From Lama glama (lineage: Eukaryota): a DNA stretch of 64,000 bases. A program made the translations under genes and the position numbers. The notes beneath the pieces were generated by a model. The model did no database searches, had not been told where the DNA came from, and saw only the letters and a list, made by a program, of their open reading frames with translations. The first letter of the stretch is position 1; every line of letters begins with the position of its first letter. This document shows positions 13,210-25,381 of this stretch, one piece after another. Where the stretch lies: NCBI GenBank assembly GCA_028534125.1, contig CM052818.1, positions 11,782,001 through 11,846,000 on the forward strand. The letters are read 5' to 3'.

Positions 13210-13425
13210 AAAGTTCCTTCTCCATGTTCCCATAGCAAACAGTGAGGGCTCTTATGCCACAATATTTCCATTGTGGCCCTTATCCCACAGTATTGTCACA
13301 TCTGTTTATCATCCCTCTCTTGTCCCCAACTAGAGCATGAGCTCCTGGACCCTATCTCATGTACCTTTGTAATTACGGTGCCTAGTACAAAGCAGGTACT
13401 CACTACAGGCTCATAAAGATGAAGG
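13210..13425 (+). mobile_element. L2 3' end
   Basis: ccaactagagcatgagctcctgg..ggtgcctagtacaaagcaggtactca. Confidence 0.7.
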
Positions 13426-13642
13426 GTTGCATAGCGCATGGAAAGGATAATCCGGGTCCTTTACTCAAAGAATCGGTTGTTCATGGTATATGTACAATAT
13501 ATTTTATAGCAAAAAGGGATCTGAAATTCAGCAAATGGTTAGTTATCCTCCAAGTTCCAGGTATTGGGCTAGAAGTTAAAGCTATAGAGGTAAGTGAAAC
13601 TCCATACTCTCAGAGATGACAGTAAAGTAAGAGCTAAGATGA

Positions 13643-13766
13643 GAGTTTCTCAAAGGAATGTGAATCCCAGTCACCTGGGGAAGTTGTTAAAACAGCAGGC
13701 TCTGATTCAGGAGGTAAAGCTCCTGGGTGGTGCTGCTGGGCCAAGGATCCCACTTAAGTAGGAAAG
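13643..13766. mobile_element. MER5A-like hAT-Charlie fragment
   Basis: gtttctcaaa..gtcacctggggaagttgttaaaa..ctctgattcag..tgctgctgggccaaggatcccactt. Confidence 0.65.
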
Positions 13767-15059
13767 GACTGTGGCCTGGGAGACTGGAGACCTGAAGTTT
13801 AGCTCTGCCTCCCGTGGTGTGGATGGGAGTCATTCCTCCTACTACTGCCAGATCCGCTCGCTCAACACTTAAACTGCCTGAGACGAGAGAGTAGATGATC
13901 TCTATACTATCTAAAAACTCTGCAGTCCCCAATATCCATGTTCTGTCAGCCTGCGGAAGACAAGAGGGACTGGGGCAGTGATTCTCAGTTTTGTCTGCTC
14001 CTTAGAATAACCTGAGCTAACAGCAGAATGCTGATGCCCAGAGCACAGCCCAAGCCTAGTACCTTGGAATCGCAGGAGGCGGGGCCCAGACATGAGTAGT
14101 TTTAAACCCCTGGGGGCTGAGAACAACTGAAGAGTGTTACTTGCAGTAAGTGTTCATTATCAGCTCAATTGATGGGTGTTAATGAGGTCGGAGATAAGCA
14201 AAGGAGGGCCCCCTGCCGAATATCTTTACTCTTTTCTGTTGGCAGTACTGTGATGCCAGGCTTGGTCCAAAGAGCCAGATTAAAGTCATTGTGAAATACA
14301 ACTTCGCACACTAAAAAGGCACACGAAACACAGGCCTTGATGTGTATAAGTGTGCCCAGAAGAAAAGCTTTGCTTGATACCTTAAGGAATCATCAGCCAA
14401 GCTTCTCAGTTTCTTGCTCACCCCCTTGACTCAGGAGATCAAAATGGAAAATAGAAAAACCAGCATCCCAGGAGCCATGGATATTTTTGCCTTGCAAGTG
14501 CGGTCGTAGCCTAGGATCTTTTCAAATTAGTTTTTAAGTTTGAAAATTTTAAATGAAAAAGCCCAAACACTTTTTAACCGTATTTCAGTTTTCAAAAAGG
14601 GAAAGATTCTTTGTAATTCTCACCCTGTCTCTTTGGGCTAGGTTAAGAAGAGAGGGAAACATCCAAACGCTTTTAAGTTATCTTAGTTTTAAACCTTTCA
14701 GTGTCTTTAACTTTTTTTTTTTAATTTGCTTGCTTGAAGTAAGAAAGAAGTCTGTTCTTTTATCATTCAACTTAAGTAATGAATTGCTTTGCAGCACAGC
14801 AGTTGCATATCACTAAAATACTGATTTTTCCCACCTTTATTAGTTTTCACTTCGGTCAAAATATGCTACTCATACTTTTCCAAAAAAGATTGTTGATAGA
14901 TTTGTTGAACATAAATAAATAACTAAAGGGTACATACAATAACCAAAACATTCTGGGATATGAGAGGCAAAAATATATGATGTCCTATTGGCTTTAAATG
15001 CCCAAGAACCTGTCTGAGAAGATTAAAATCATACTCTGTAAAAAGATAGCTAATATTAC

Positions 15060-15825
15060 AAACAAAAATAGTAAAAGCTTGAATAGTAGCTATAAAGAGT
15101 TCAGAGAAGAGAGATGCCTCACTTCCAGCTGGGACAGGCTAATGGAAGGCTAAGCAGAGAAGGGAAGCTTTCACCTGAATCTTGAAGGATGGGCAGGGAT
15201 TCGATCCTTGGCCCAGAAGAAAAACTATGACCAAGAACGTGAGGAAAGGAAAGCATAAAAAGGGCTCAAAAATAGTAATGAGACAAGTAAGGAGAGTAAT
15301 GGGACAAGAGGGTGTGACAGGTCAGGGGAAAAGTTTTATATCATCCAGGCTTAGATCCTGAGGATTAAGGAGTATGGACAAAACCAAAACATAGTTAGGC
15401 AAATTGGGTCAGTTGTCCCGCTCTCCAGGGGCAGGGTCAAGTTGATCGACATTAATTGCTATAAGTGTAGAGCTGACAAAGATAAGTGAACACAGGGCCA
15501 GAATGGAAGTGCCTGAAGGCAAGACTGAGGATTTTTCATTTTAAATTTTCCTATAGGTAATGGGAAATCAGTGAAGACTTTTGTTTACTTGCTTGTCTAA
15601 GTAACACAATACAAGCCACGTTTTCAGGAAGACAAACTTTGAAGCTATATCTATGTATATATATTGCACAGATTGAAGTGGAATAGAACGCAGTAGGAAG
15701 AACTGATTAGTAGAATGATGCAGAGAAACTGGTATGAATTGTAGCAACTGAAGGAGAAAAGTGTCAGAGAAACTACGGAGAAATAATCAAAAGTAGAACT
15801 TGGTGACAGATTAAATCTGAGAGGT
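15060..15825 (-). mobile_element. Decayed L2 fragments
   Basis: gagttcagagaagagagatgcctcacttccagctggg..ggaaggct..cctgaatcttgaaggatggg and gaacttggtgacagattaaat. Confidence 0.55.
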
Positions 15826-15829
15826 ACCC

Positions 15830-16277
15830 ATTGGAGACCCACACATAAACCCCTGGCACTCGCTTCACACCAAATCCTGCTTGCTGGGAACACTGTGATG
15901 TCTGCTTCAGGTCTTCAGCATGGGTGGGGGACTATGATTGTCCCACGTGCACGACAAGGCCAAAGTGCCAGAGAGATAACACCCTTAGAAGCAGCCTGAA
16001 CCAATAAAGACACGGATCCGGAGGATAAATGCAGCAGATTCCTCACCCCTCCATTAGCATAACTCTTAGTTCTACCCTGTCCCTCAGAGTTACCCTAGTG
16101 GGGTTAAACGTCAATTTCCCAGGGACAACTTGCTTGGTAACACACCATTTCTTGTCTTTTTAAAATTCCTTATCTCTTTTCCCTACTCCCTTATCAGCAT
16201 TCCTTGGTTATCACTCCCACATAAACTTGTGGCACTGGGATCCTTGGCATCTGCTTCCAGAGGATCCTAAATTAACA
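15830..16277 (+). mobile_element. LTR16-family (ERVL) solo LTR
   Basis: 3' end cactcccacataaacttgtggcact..gcatctgcttccagaggatcctaaattaaca; internal gcagcctgaaccaat..ggaggataaat. Confidence 0.75.
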
Positions 16278-16299
16278 GATAGAAAAGTAGAATTAAAAA

Positions 16300-16795
16300 T
16301 AAGGCAGGCTAATGGTCCCCCAAAATGCCTACATCCTGATCCTTGGAATCTGTGAATATGATACTTCCTATGGCAAAAGGGACTTTGCAGATGTCATAAA
16401 TAATCATTCAAGATCATGAGATTGGGGAGACCATCCAGGTGCCTACAATCAAATCACATGGCTCCTTAAAAGAGAACTGTGCCCAACTGCAGTTAGAGGG
16501 AGATGTGGCTGTGGAAGAGTAGACAGAAAGATGCAACACCTCTGGCTTTCAATGTAGAGGAAAGGGTCCATGATCCAAGGAATGTGGGTGGCCTCTAGAA
16601 GCTGGGAAGGACAAGGAAATAGATTTTCTCCCAGAGTCCTTGGTAAGAAATGCAACCTAGCTGATACCTTGATTTTAGTCCAGGGAGGCCTCTGTCAGAG
16701 TTCTGACCTACAGAACTATAAGATGATGAATTTGTGTTGTCTTAAGCCATGAAGTTTGTAGTAATTTTTAATAACAGCAATAGAAAACTGATGCA
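16300..16795 (+). mobile_element. MLT1D-like MaLR solo LTR
   Basis: aatggtcccccaaaa..ctgtgaatatg..tggcaaaagggactttgcagatgt..ttaagccatgaagtttgtagtaattt..cagcaatagaaaactgatgca. Confidence 0.9.
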
Positions 16796-18949
16796 TTACC
16801 CTTAAATTACTGAGCGCAGAAACTTGAGGCATAAAAAATGAAATGAAACAAGCCTGATTTCTTAGGAAATGTTGGTCTAAATGTTCAATTTGTTGAGTTC
16901 TATGTGTGTTTTTGATTATGTGATATTCTTAGTCACGGTGCCTCTTACATATATGTAATATCATTCTTCAACTAATTATGAGCATGAGAAGGGAAAGATG
17001 TTTGATACTTGTTGTATTTTATTTTGTTTTAGCCAGGAAGTTATTGTCACTTAAGCAGTTCTGTCAAATCTTATGTGACGCCCTCAAGAAGAGATAATTT
17101 TCAAAATGCGTTGGTATAGAGGAAACTCTGGCAATTGATATAATAAAATGCCATTGTCAAACTCACTCTTTCCAGTGCTAAGTCTCACTTGGGCCATATT
17201 TAGAAGCTTTCATTTGGAAAGGACAGCTCTGTAATAAATGTGTTGTATGAGTATATTCTTTGAATTCAAAATTTTCGTTGAATTGGGGCAACATACACAA
17301 GGGCTTGCTTGATATAAGAATTTTGAACATTAATTCAGAGCAAGTTAAAGTAACTTCCAGTGCATGTTGGAAATATACAATCTTGGACACATAGTTGTTG
17401 TTGTTTTTTTAATTGGAGTATATGGTTTTTGCTTTCAAACTCTACGCCTTTGGTATATTATATATTGAATGTTTTATTATATTCTAATCCTGCAGACTTA
17501 TTGGGTTATTCCATTAGTCCCTGTTTTTTTCCAACTCTGTCCAGGCAATCTTTGTAGCCACACCCAATTCTCAACCCTAGTCAACCTGCACAGTAAGGCT
17601 ACAAGAGAATATTAAAAACTAACCCACTGGTGTCCTGGATTTGGCAAGAGGGTTGGGTCTGCTTCCTCTGTACAAAGAGTTCTAGGGTAATACCCACACC
17701 TCCACCCAACCTCCTTCACATGGAGCCTACCTAGCTTTCTGATTCCTCTTCTGCCAGGTTCCTGGCTGGTATGCTGGCACTAATGGAGCTCAATTGTAAC
17801 AAGGCTGGGGCCTCAGACTCTCAGGGAAGGACTGTCAGCCTCTTTCCTCCCAAGACTCTGCTTCCACCAGCCTTGCAAACTGACACTGAACTCTGATATG
17901 TACATCTGGAAGCTGCTGCTGCTTTAAAACCCTACCTTCCCTTGGTGCAGATTCCACGGGGTTTGGTTAGCCTTCTCCTACGGCCTTGGTTGTGTAGACT
18001 ACTGTTTCCTCTGAGGTGGGTCGAAGATGGTTTCTGCTGCTCCACTCTGTTTTCGACAGCTACTGACTCATAGCAGCCCCTGCTGACCCCCTACTTCTGC
18101 TCCAAGCATACAGCCTGCCTCAAAGTCACCTTAATGAAATCAAATTCTTATTTTTAAAAAATTATCTGCAGATTGTCCTCTAATAAGGCCAAATGTTTTG
18201 CTTTCATTTTTCCCTTTCTCACACTATACCACTCATAATAAAATAAGCCCTTGCCAAACAGATTTTAAATAACTCATTTCAAATGTATGTATTACAAGTT
18301 TAAAGCCTTTTTATACATTATAGATTCAGTTCAGTCTCTTAAATGGCAGGACTGGACAATAAAAGCTGCTGTTCTTTCTGGCGGGCTGTGTGGTCCAGTG
18401 TTGCGGAGAAAGACTGCTTACCGCACATCCTCTAACTCTGCAGATATGACACCAGATGCACACCCCCCTCTAGAAAAGCCCCAAACTCCCCCAAATACCA
18501 AGATAATTTGTAGAAAGGCTATATGGTTACAAAAGCATTTTGGCAGGGCTTAAGAAAATGAAATGAAGGAGAAAGCAAGTGCAAAAGACAGTGAATTTCA
18601 AGTAAGAATGGGCTCAAACACTTTAAAGCCAAAAATAATCTGTGTACCCTCGAGCTTGGGGACCGTCTGCCTCCGCCGATCATAATCCTGGAGCCATGTG
18701 TCCCCAAACAACTAAAGATGATTCAAGAGGATTACCTGTTGGTACAAGCTTTTAATACTGACAAATGTGGCTAGTTCTGAAGGCAGGTGCCTTCCATAGC
18801 TTTTATTTGCTATGGAGTTTTTACTGTCTGTAATGCTGTTTTAATTCTGTTTCTACTAAGATCCTATTTTCTTAGACTTGGTCTTGTGAACTGAGGATTT
18901 GCCAATCATAGCACCTTTTAAGAACGCCATCCTGACAGACATTCTTCTT

Positions 18950-19200
18950 TAAAACTGTCTACTATAGCTTTCTCACCATCTTCTTCCTCTTTGCCCTCCC
19001 AAAATCTTGCCTCTCACCTTAACCCCTCAGTCAACGCTACCCACCCTGAGCTCATCAATGATCTCCTCTTTGCCAAATTCAGTGGCCTCTCATGATTCTG
19101 GGGACAAATCCTCTGTTTCTGATACTCTCAAGCCTCTTCGACTCCCTTCTTGGCCTCAGTGTTAGAAATGAAACAATGTTCTACTTCGCCTATATTTTTC
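18950..19200 (+). mobile_element. Decayed L2 fragment
   Basis: catcaatgatctcctctttgccaaattcagtggcc, an L2 body motif. Confidence 0.5.
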
Positions 19201-22162
19201 TGTAGAATACTTCTTGGGTTTGATTATACTTTTGTTTTTGCTTTCACTTTAATAAATGCTCACCAATTAATCAATTCAAAAACCACTACTGGCAATTACT
19301 GCTCCTTCTGTGACCTAGCTGACAGAACAGACTGAGTTTTGAATGAAGTTCCATAGCAAACAATCTATACAACCCCTGATCTATCGTATGATTGAGAGTA
19401 TGAATTTTTCAAGTTTTAAAAGCAGTTTCCCCAGCATTATTGACATATTGATTAGCAAATGGTGAGATTAAAAGAGTAATCACTGATGATACCCATTCCA
19501 CCAGGATTCCAACTACCTTGGAATGTTCTAGAAATTTCAGGAAGGCCAGGAAAACATGCTAAGGATTTAATAATACAGAATAAAGACTGATTTCTAACAT
19601 ATGTTGGTCACAAATGTGTGCCTCATTGGGGCCTAAGATTCACGCTTCCTGGTAGGCAAGGTTTAGGCTTAGGTATTGACTACAAAGAGCTATTCCTAGC
19701 TGGCAATGTACACAAACCATCATTGAAAACTAAATATCATTAAATTTACAGTCATTCAAATGCACACAGAAGAATAAGAGGGTTAGGGTGATAGCTACAA
19801 ATGAAAAGGATGCCAATTTTAAATTCTTAGCGTTTATATTTATTTTTCCATTTAGAGATGGTATTTTTAATTGAATTATTTTTGTGTTATCTTCAGATAA
19901 GATTCTGCAGCCCAAAGTCATATATAGTTATAATACTGAGTTTTCTTTTTTCTGCAGAAGGGTTTATCTAACTAACCTCTTCAGTTAAAAAAAAAATTTT
20001 AAGGCCATGATGAATATTGATTAACCTTGGGAACCAAAGAGTAAACATAAAAACAATTTCCTACTGTACAAGTTCAGGTTTAACAATGTGCTAATAGCCC
20101 ATAATGAAGATAGCAACCATCAGTTAATCAACCCATTAAGTTGGGATCAGAAGTGTCAACTCAAGTGCAGTCTACTAATTTACTGACCCTTAATGGGTCA
20201 GCAAGATCTATAACCCAAAGACTGATCTTTCTGCTTCTGTTAGTCACTTTGGAGGTCAGTTCACTTCCTTCCATGATTATGATCTCTGACCTGGTATGGG
20301 CAAGGAGTCAACATAAAATCCATTTATGAGAATGTGCTTGGGGTTACTGAGTAATGGAATCTCAAGCTAACGGGTGAATTAAGTATCTGGGCAGGAGCTC
20401 TTTATGGAAGCACCAACTTTTTTTCCCCTAAAGTCCACACAATCATGAAAACAGACACACATAATCTTCAGTGGAAGCTTCTGACTCCAGGAAGTTCTAG
20501 GTTCTTGAGTTAGCTAAAGCTCGCAATCCACTACCATTCCTATGCTGCTGTGTGAGTAAATCTTGGTTTTTGAAATGTCAGTTGGTCAAAAAGGAATGAG
20601 TAGTTCAGAAAGCAAAGTGTAGGGCTACGCCTGCCAAATAATAATTATGAAGTAAGTTTTGCTTTATTAAAGAGGTAGTGAGTTGTAATAAGCAAAGAAT
20701 AGATATAATTTGGTTGACTAATAAGTGAGACTCGATTACCCAATTTTTGCTACTTTCAAGGGGAAGGAGAGAAAAATAGAAGCATACCTTATTCCAGATG
20801 GGCCTCTGAGAGGGTATAATAAAAATTATGAATCAAAAAATTCATTCACTTGAATCATATTTGTATAGAAAAGATAATAATAATTGCCACGATAATGCAA
20901 GTGTTTTCTAAATAGCATTTTCTTAGGTGATAAAGCAGTTCACTGAACTACAATTACAATGCCCATTAGCAACCTGTCAGCCACATGATGTCAACAACTC
21001 AAAAAGGACGTGTGCAAGATATGTCACTGAGATTGGTTCTGTTGCTCTGGTCCCCAGCCAAGCTGGTGGCAAGGCTACTTAAATGCCACCAATTCTAGTC
21101 CCACTCTGACAGTCCTGATTGTGATTTTCTCCCAAACAGGACAGATGAAGAAGATATGTTAACTGAGGTTCTGGAAGGGGGAAGCTAGAGCGGGAAAAAA
21201 AAGGGGGGGAGACTACCAAATACACTAAACAAACAAAGTTTTATGGAAGGAAAACCTATGATTAATTTAAGGACCTAGGATTTTTTTTATCTACAAAGTA
21301 AATATGTCACTTTCATGCCAGTGATACTTGAAGGATTCCCTCAAAGGAAACCATCTTTGCTGGGAAAATAGGCTTCTCTCTTGTCAGGGACAGTGCCCTC
21401 TATTTTTTCCCCCTATTTATTGCCTTTGTTTTCCTCCCCTGTCGTTAGAGAACCTCCTGGTACCAGTGTCCCAACTTCAGGACAAAGACAGCTAAAAGCC
21501 TCTGGAGGAAGAGTTCCTTCCTATGGGAAAAAAAGTGAGCCCCGGTGCCAGAAGGATGAGGAAAGATTCAGCCTTTGTGAAAGCTCTCCCATACGTGGGT
21601 GGCTTTCAAGGTCAGCCTTTGGAGGTGACCTCGGGCGCAGGTTCTCAGCCTTACACGGCCGGCCAGAGGGACGCAAAGAGGCGGGAAGGAAAGGATGGGG
21701 AGCGAGGGAGAAAGGTCGTAGGGGCGGCGGGCGGGAGGGAGAGGGAGTACACGTCGGAGGCCGCTGGACCAGAGGCTGGGAGGCTTGGGCCGCGCAGCGA
21801 GCAGCCACCCCGCCCTCCGCACCGCGCCTCCCGCGGGGTCACGGCCGGGCCCCACCTCCCGGGCTGCGGCGCGCTCCGCCTGGGTCCGCCTCGGTCCGGG
21901 AGACGGCGGCACGGGGCGAGCGCGCCCCGCGGGGAAGGGCCTGACCCGGGAGGCCACCGACACAGAGGGGGTCCTGCTCGGCCCGCGGCTCTGCTGCCCC
22001 CACCCCAGCTCTCCGCACCCCTCCCTCGCGGCCGCAGCGTCGGGGAACTCCACGGCGAGCCCAGCTGCGCCGGGGGCCGGAGGAGGGGGCTGGGGCGGTG
22101 GGGGAGGGGCGGGGCGGGGTGGCGGCGGGGGCGGCGCGCGGGGCGGCGGCGTCGTCACTTAC

Positions 22163-22264
22163 CGGCCGGGGCGCGGGGGCAGCTCGCCGACTCCTCGGGG
22201 CCGCTGCGGCTGGGGGCCGGCGGTGGCGCGGCCCGGGCGCTGCCAAATGTAAACAATCCGCCAT
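22163..22264 (-). CDS. Possible first coding exon or spliced uORF, 34 codons MADCLHLAAPGPRHRRPPAAAAPRSRRAAPAPRP, phase-0 donor
   Basis: ATG in a strong Kozak context (gaaatcATGG). 102 nt are open up to the GTAAGT donor; the VS in ORF 21839..22264 is the GTA AGT donor itself. The peptide is not recognised and could be 5'UTR. Confidence 0.35.
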
Positions 22265-22460
22265 GATTTCTTTGTTTAGCTAATTGAACCTGCCGCCGTC
22301 GCGAGTCCCAGGCGCTCCCTCGCTCCCTCCTCTCCCCGGCCCCCCTCGCTCCGCGCTTTTATTTATTTATTTGCCTTCCCCCTGCTCCTCGGTCTTCCCC
22401 TCTCTGCTTTGGTCTCAGTAGCTGCTTCTAATGGAAGTCGAGGCCGTGGGGTGGTTGGTG
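22163..22460 (-). other. First exon of an unidentified minus-strand gene (5' end approximate; may start as far up as ~22580)
   Basis: Minus strand reads ...GCCCCGGCCG|GTAAGTGAC, a consensus donor with GT at 22162-22161. It lies inside the CpG island, downstream of a TATAAAAA box (22486-22479). LTRs to the left lie antisense to this strand, as is usual in introns. Confidence 0.7.
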
Positions 22461-22478
22461 CAGGGAGTGCGGTGGTGG

Positions 22479-22490
22479 TTTTTATAAATA
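22479..22490. promoter_or_regulatory. Overlapping TATA-like boxes (minus TATAAAAA 22486-22479; plus TATAAATA 22483-22490)
   Basis: The sequence tttttataaata is embedded in GC-rich promoter DNA. Confidence 0.4.
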
Positions 22491-24294
22491 CAGGTAAAAT
22501 AATGCCCAAATCTCAAGCTGGGGTGCAGTTCCTGAAAGAGGAGGAGAGTGTTTCGCGCTCGCTCTCTCCCTCCCTCGCTTCTTTCCCGCCACCCCCCACG
22601 TATTAGCCTAGCCTCCGTGGAAAGTGCCAGACAATCATGGTGCGACTTGCAGTCACCTTTTCTTGACACCCAACTCTACTACCCAACTTCTCAGGCGGAT
22701 TTTAGAGTGGGCAAAAGCGCTGAGTTCTTTTACTTGGAAACCTCCAATGTATGTGATGTCCGGCTGCCTAAGGGCGTACGGAAGAATCTCCACCACGCCA
22801 GGGGAGGAATAATCATAATACAGCGTGCTCATCCGGAGGATGATCCGTTGGCATCATTTCAGCCCTTTAAGATAACACTGGATTTTACACACCCACGCCC
22901 GTGCGTACAAGATCCAAACTAGCACCAACACAGTGACAATCTCCTAGAAAAGCGGGACCTTTCAGCCTTATATTTGCATAAATTATTGGTACTTTCTGTA
23001 GCACAACTATTTGGAGAGAGGGTAGCCTCAGCATATATACTGAGTTTAGAACTTCGAGGAGATATTCAGGTCCTGCTGGGAAGGGAGGCTCAACACCTTA
23101 TTTATGTGTGTTTCTGTGGGTGGAAAATTCATTTGATCACGAGTTTTCACTATAGTTAATGTAGGCATCGTTTACATCCTGTGCTAGGTGGATTTATGAG
23201 ATTCAGGTAACCTGTGGCAGAAAAATTCTAGGGTTATGGCTTCATTTATTTAAAAAAAAAACCGTTAACTTCGGTCTCACTTCTATTTATAACCACTATG
23301 TTGAGGACACCAAAAATGATTCAGTATTCTAATTCATAAGGAGAATTGAAAGTTATCTACATCTTGCAGTGAAACTGTGCCTCTTAAGTTATCATCAGAA
23401 TTAATCTTTTAAAAAAAAGTTACTGCTTTATCCGTTTAATCCTTGTGGGCAGAGCATAGTGAATAGAGTAATGTCATCCTTAGCCGTTTGGACCAGCCGT
23501 TTACAGATTACATGATATATTGATTCTAAATGCAGAAGGGCCATCTGGTCCAGTCAAGAGAACTGAACTGAAGAGTATTTACCTATAGGCCAGTCACTGT
23601 GGTGGTTTTAACCACTGGGTCAATTAATATATAGGTGTTCAAGCATTCTGATTATATAGAAAGAAAAAGGAATTGTATTGCCAAGCAAACAAAATGACCC
23701 CAGTCAAATCCCCTGTGTACACATGGCTTTAGTCTATTTCCTCAGGGAAGTTCAACAGAAGTTAAAACCTTGTTCTTTTCCACACTTGTGATGTTCTTCT
23801 CTATGCCAGGCTAAATTCTACGTTTTCCCAAATTCTAACTTCAGTCTGAACTTAAGAAGCCTGTCTTAATATTTACCCTCTCCCAGTGCTTATGCCTAAC
23901 TTCTCTTCATGTCAGATATGAAACTTATGAGCTTCACAACTGTGTGAGCAAGGCCTTTGAGTAGGAGATTTCTGTACTCAGTACATGAAAGAGTTCTTTG
24001 TTGCATAAAAATTAGACTGAAGGAGCAATAGATTCACTTTTAAAACTTAGATTAAACAAATATTTTGCAATAATTTATTTAAAGACCTGGCCTGCTTGTG
24101 GAGAACTGCTGATCCATATTGACTTTTTTTTTTTCCTAATACAGTTGAATTTTGCCTCTGTGCACCGTTCTCCTGCCCATCCTGGATTCATTTCATGTGT
24201 CACTCATGAACTGTGATTTGTTTTGGAAATTGGAGGCAGAGGGGCAAGTAGAGCTGCTCTGAGCCCATTCCAAATTCTCTGTCTCTCGAGCAGG

Positions 24295-25228
24295 TGTGTT
24301 AGAAAAACTCAGTCTTCTAATCAAGTATCTCCTTTCCTTTCACGCTGCTACCACACTCACAGCACTTCACTTCTTATACTTCTGGTCTCCAAATGTATGT
24401 TTTTTTTCCTACACCAAGCAATTCTTCACGACACCAGTTGGCTGTCCTGCAATTTCACTCCATTCTGGCACTGTCTACCTAGAGATAGTGTCAGATCCCA
24501 CCAGTGTAGGGCTATAAGACTGCCCCCAGCCCGCTTCAGATGCCAATTGCAAGTAGTAGATCCCCAGGTCACCTACAACTCATCTCTGATTTGCCTTCAA
24601 ATCAGAGGTTCCCCATGGCCTCTTTCCCCTTTGGATTTAACTAATTTGCCAGAGAGGCTCACAGGATTCAGAGAAACATTTACTTCCACTTACCGGTTTA
24701 CCAAAGGGTGCAGACAAACAGCTCGATGAAGAGATACGTAGAGTGAGGTCTGGGAGGGTCTGAAGCACAGGAGCTACTGTCCCTCTGGAGTTGGGGTGCA
24801 CCATCCTCATGGCGTAGATGTGTTTGATAACCTGGAAATTCTCCAAAGCCTGTAGTTTGGAGACTTTTATGGCGGACCCTGCACATGTAGGCGTGATCGA
24901 TCATGAACTCTGTCCTCAGGCTTTCTCCTTTCTGCAGAGAATGAGGGGCGGGACTGAAAATTCCAAGCTTCTAATCTTGGCTTGTTCTTCCCAGTGACTG
25001 CCCCCCAGCCAGGAGCTCATCCAGGATTTCGCTGCAGGAGAACAAAAGTTACTCCTAGTATTCTTACCACTTAGGAATTTACAAAGTCAGGCACAGGTCA
25101 AAGACCAAATATTAGAACAAGAGATGCTTCTAGGGCTCTTCTTCACTTAGGAATTTACAAGGGTTTCAGGAGCCTTGTGTCAGGAACTAGGGGTGGAGAC
25201 CAATATATATATTTCTTACTATTTCACA
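24295..25228 (-). mobile_element. MER21-family solo LTR (934 bp) with 5-bp TSD
   Basis: TG...CA termini (tgtgttag / tttcaca). Flanks gcagg (24290-24294) and ccagg (25229-25233). Carries MER21 motifs ctacctagagatagtgtcagatccca and gagaccaatatatatatttcttact. Confidence 0.85.
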
Positions 25229-25381
25229 CCAGGCAAGATCACATTACAGATGAGTGTATGTATCTTCCCTTCCTTATTTGGCATTCTTTAAGTTTTCACC
25301 TAGCAAATGTTCATCATAGACCAGACACTTGTTGAAAAAATTGAAAACTGATAACATAGCTAGATTTTATTTTTAGGTTCT

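Larger units (their letters stand above)
21540..22650. promoter_or_regulatory. CpG island / promoter of a minus-strand gene
   Basis: Abrupt switch from an AT-rich, CpG-depleted background to very GC-rich DNA with dense CpG (cgcg and ggcggc runs). Contains GGGGCGGGGC GC boxes near 22106-22119. It is the only such island in the window. Confidence 0.95.

Noticed and set aside
21381..22283. Long overlapping ORFs of 95-247 aa on both strands
   Set aside because: Low-complexity G/R/P/A translations arise from stop-codon scarcity in the CpG island. There is no recognisable domain, and most use non-ATG starts.
22163..22600. Assigning a gene symbol to the CpG-island exon
   Set aside because: Neither the exon nor the 34-aa peptide is recognised with confidence, and no downstream coding exon was found in the window.
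24223..24904. 168-aa ORF and neighbours
   Set aside because: Almost entirely within the MER21 LTR; chance ORFs.
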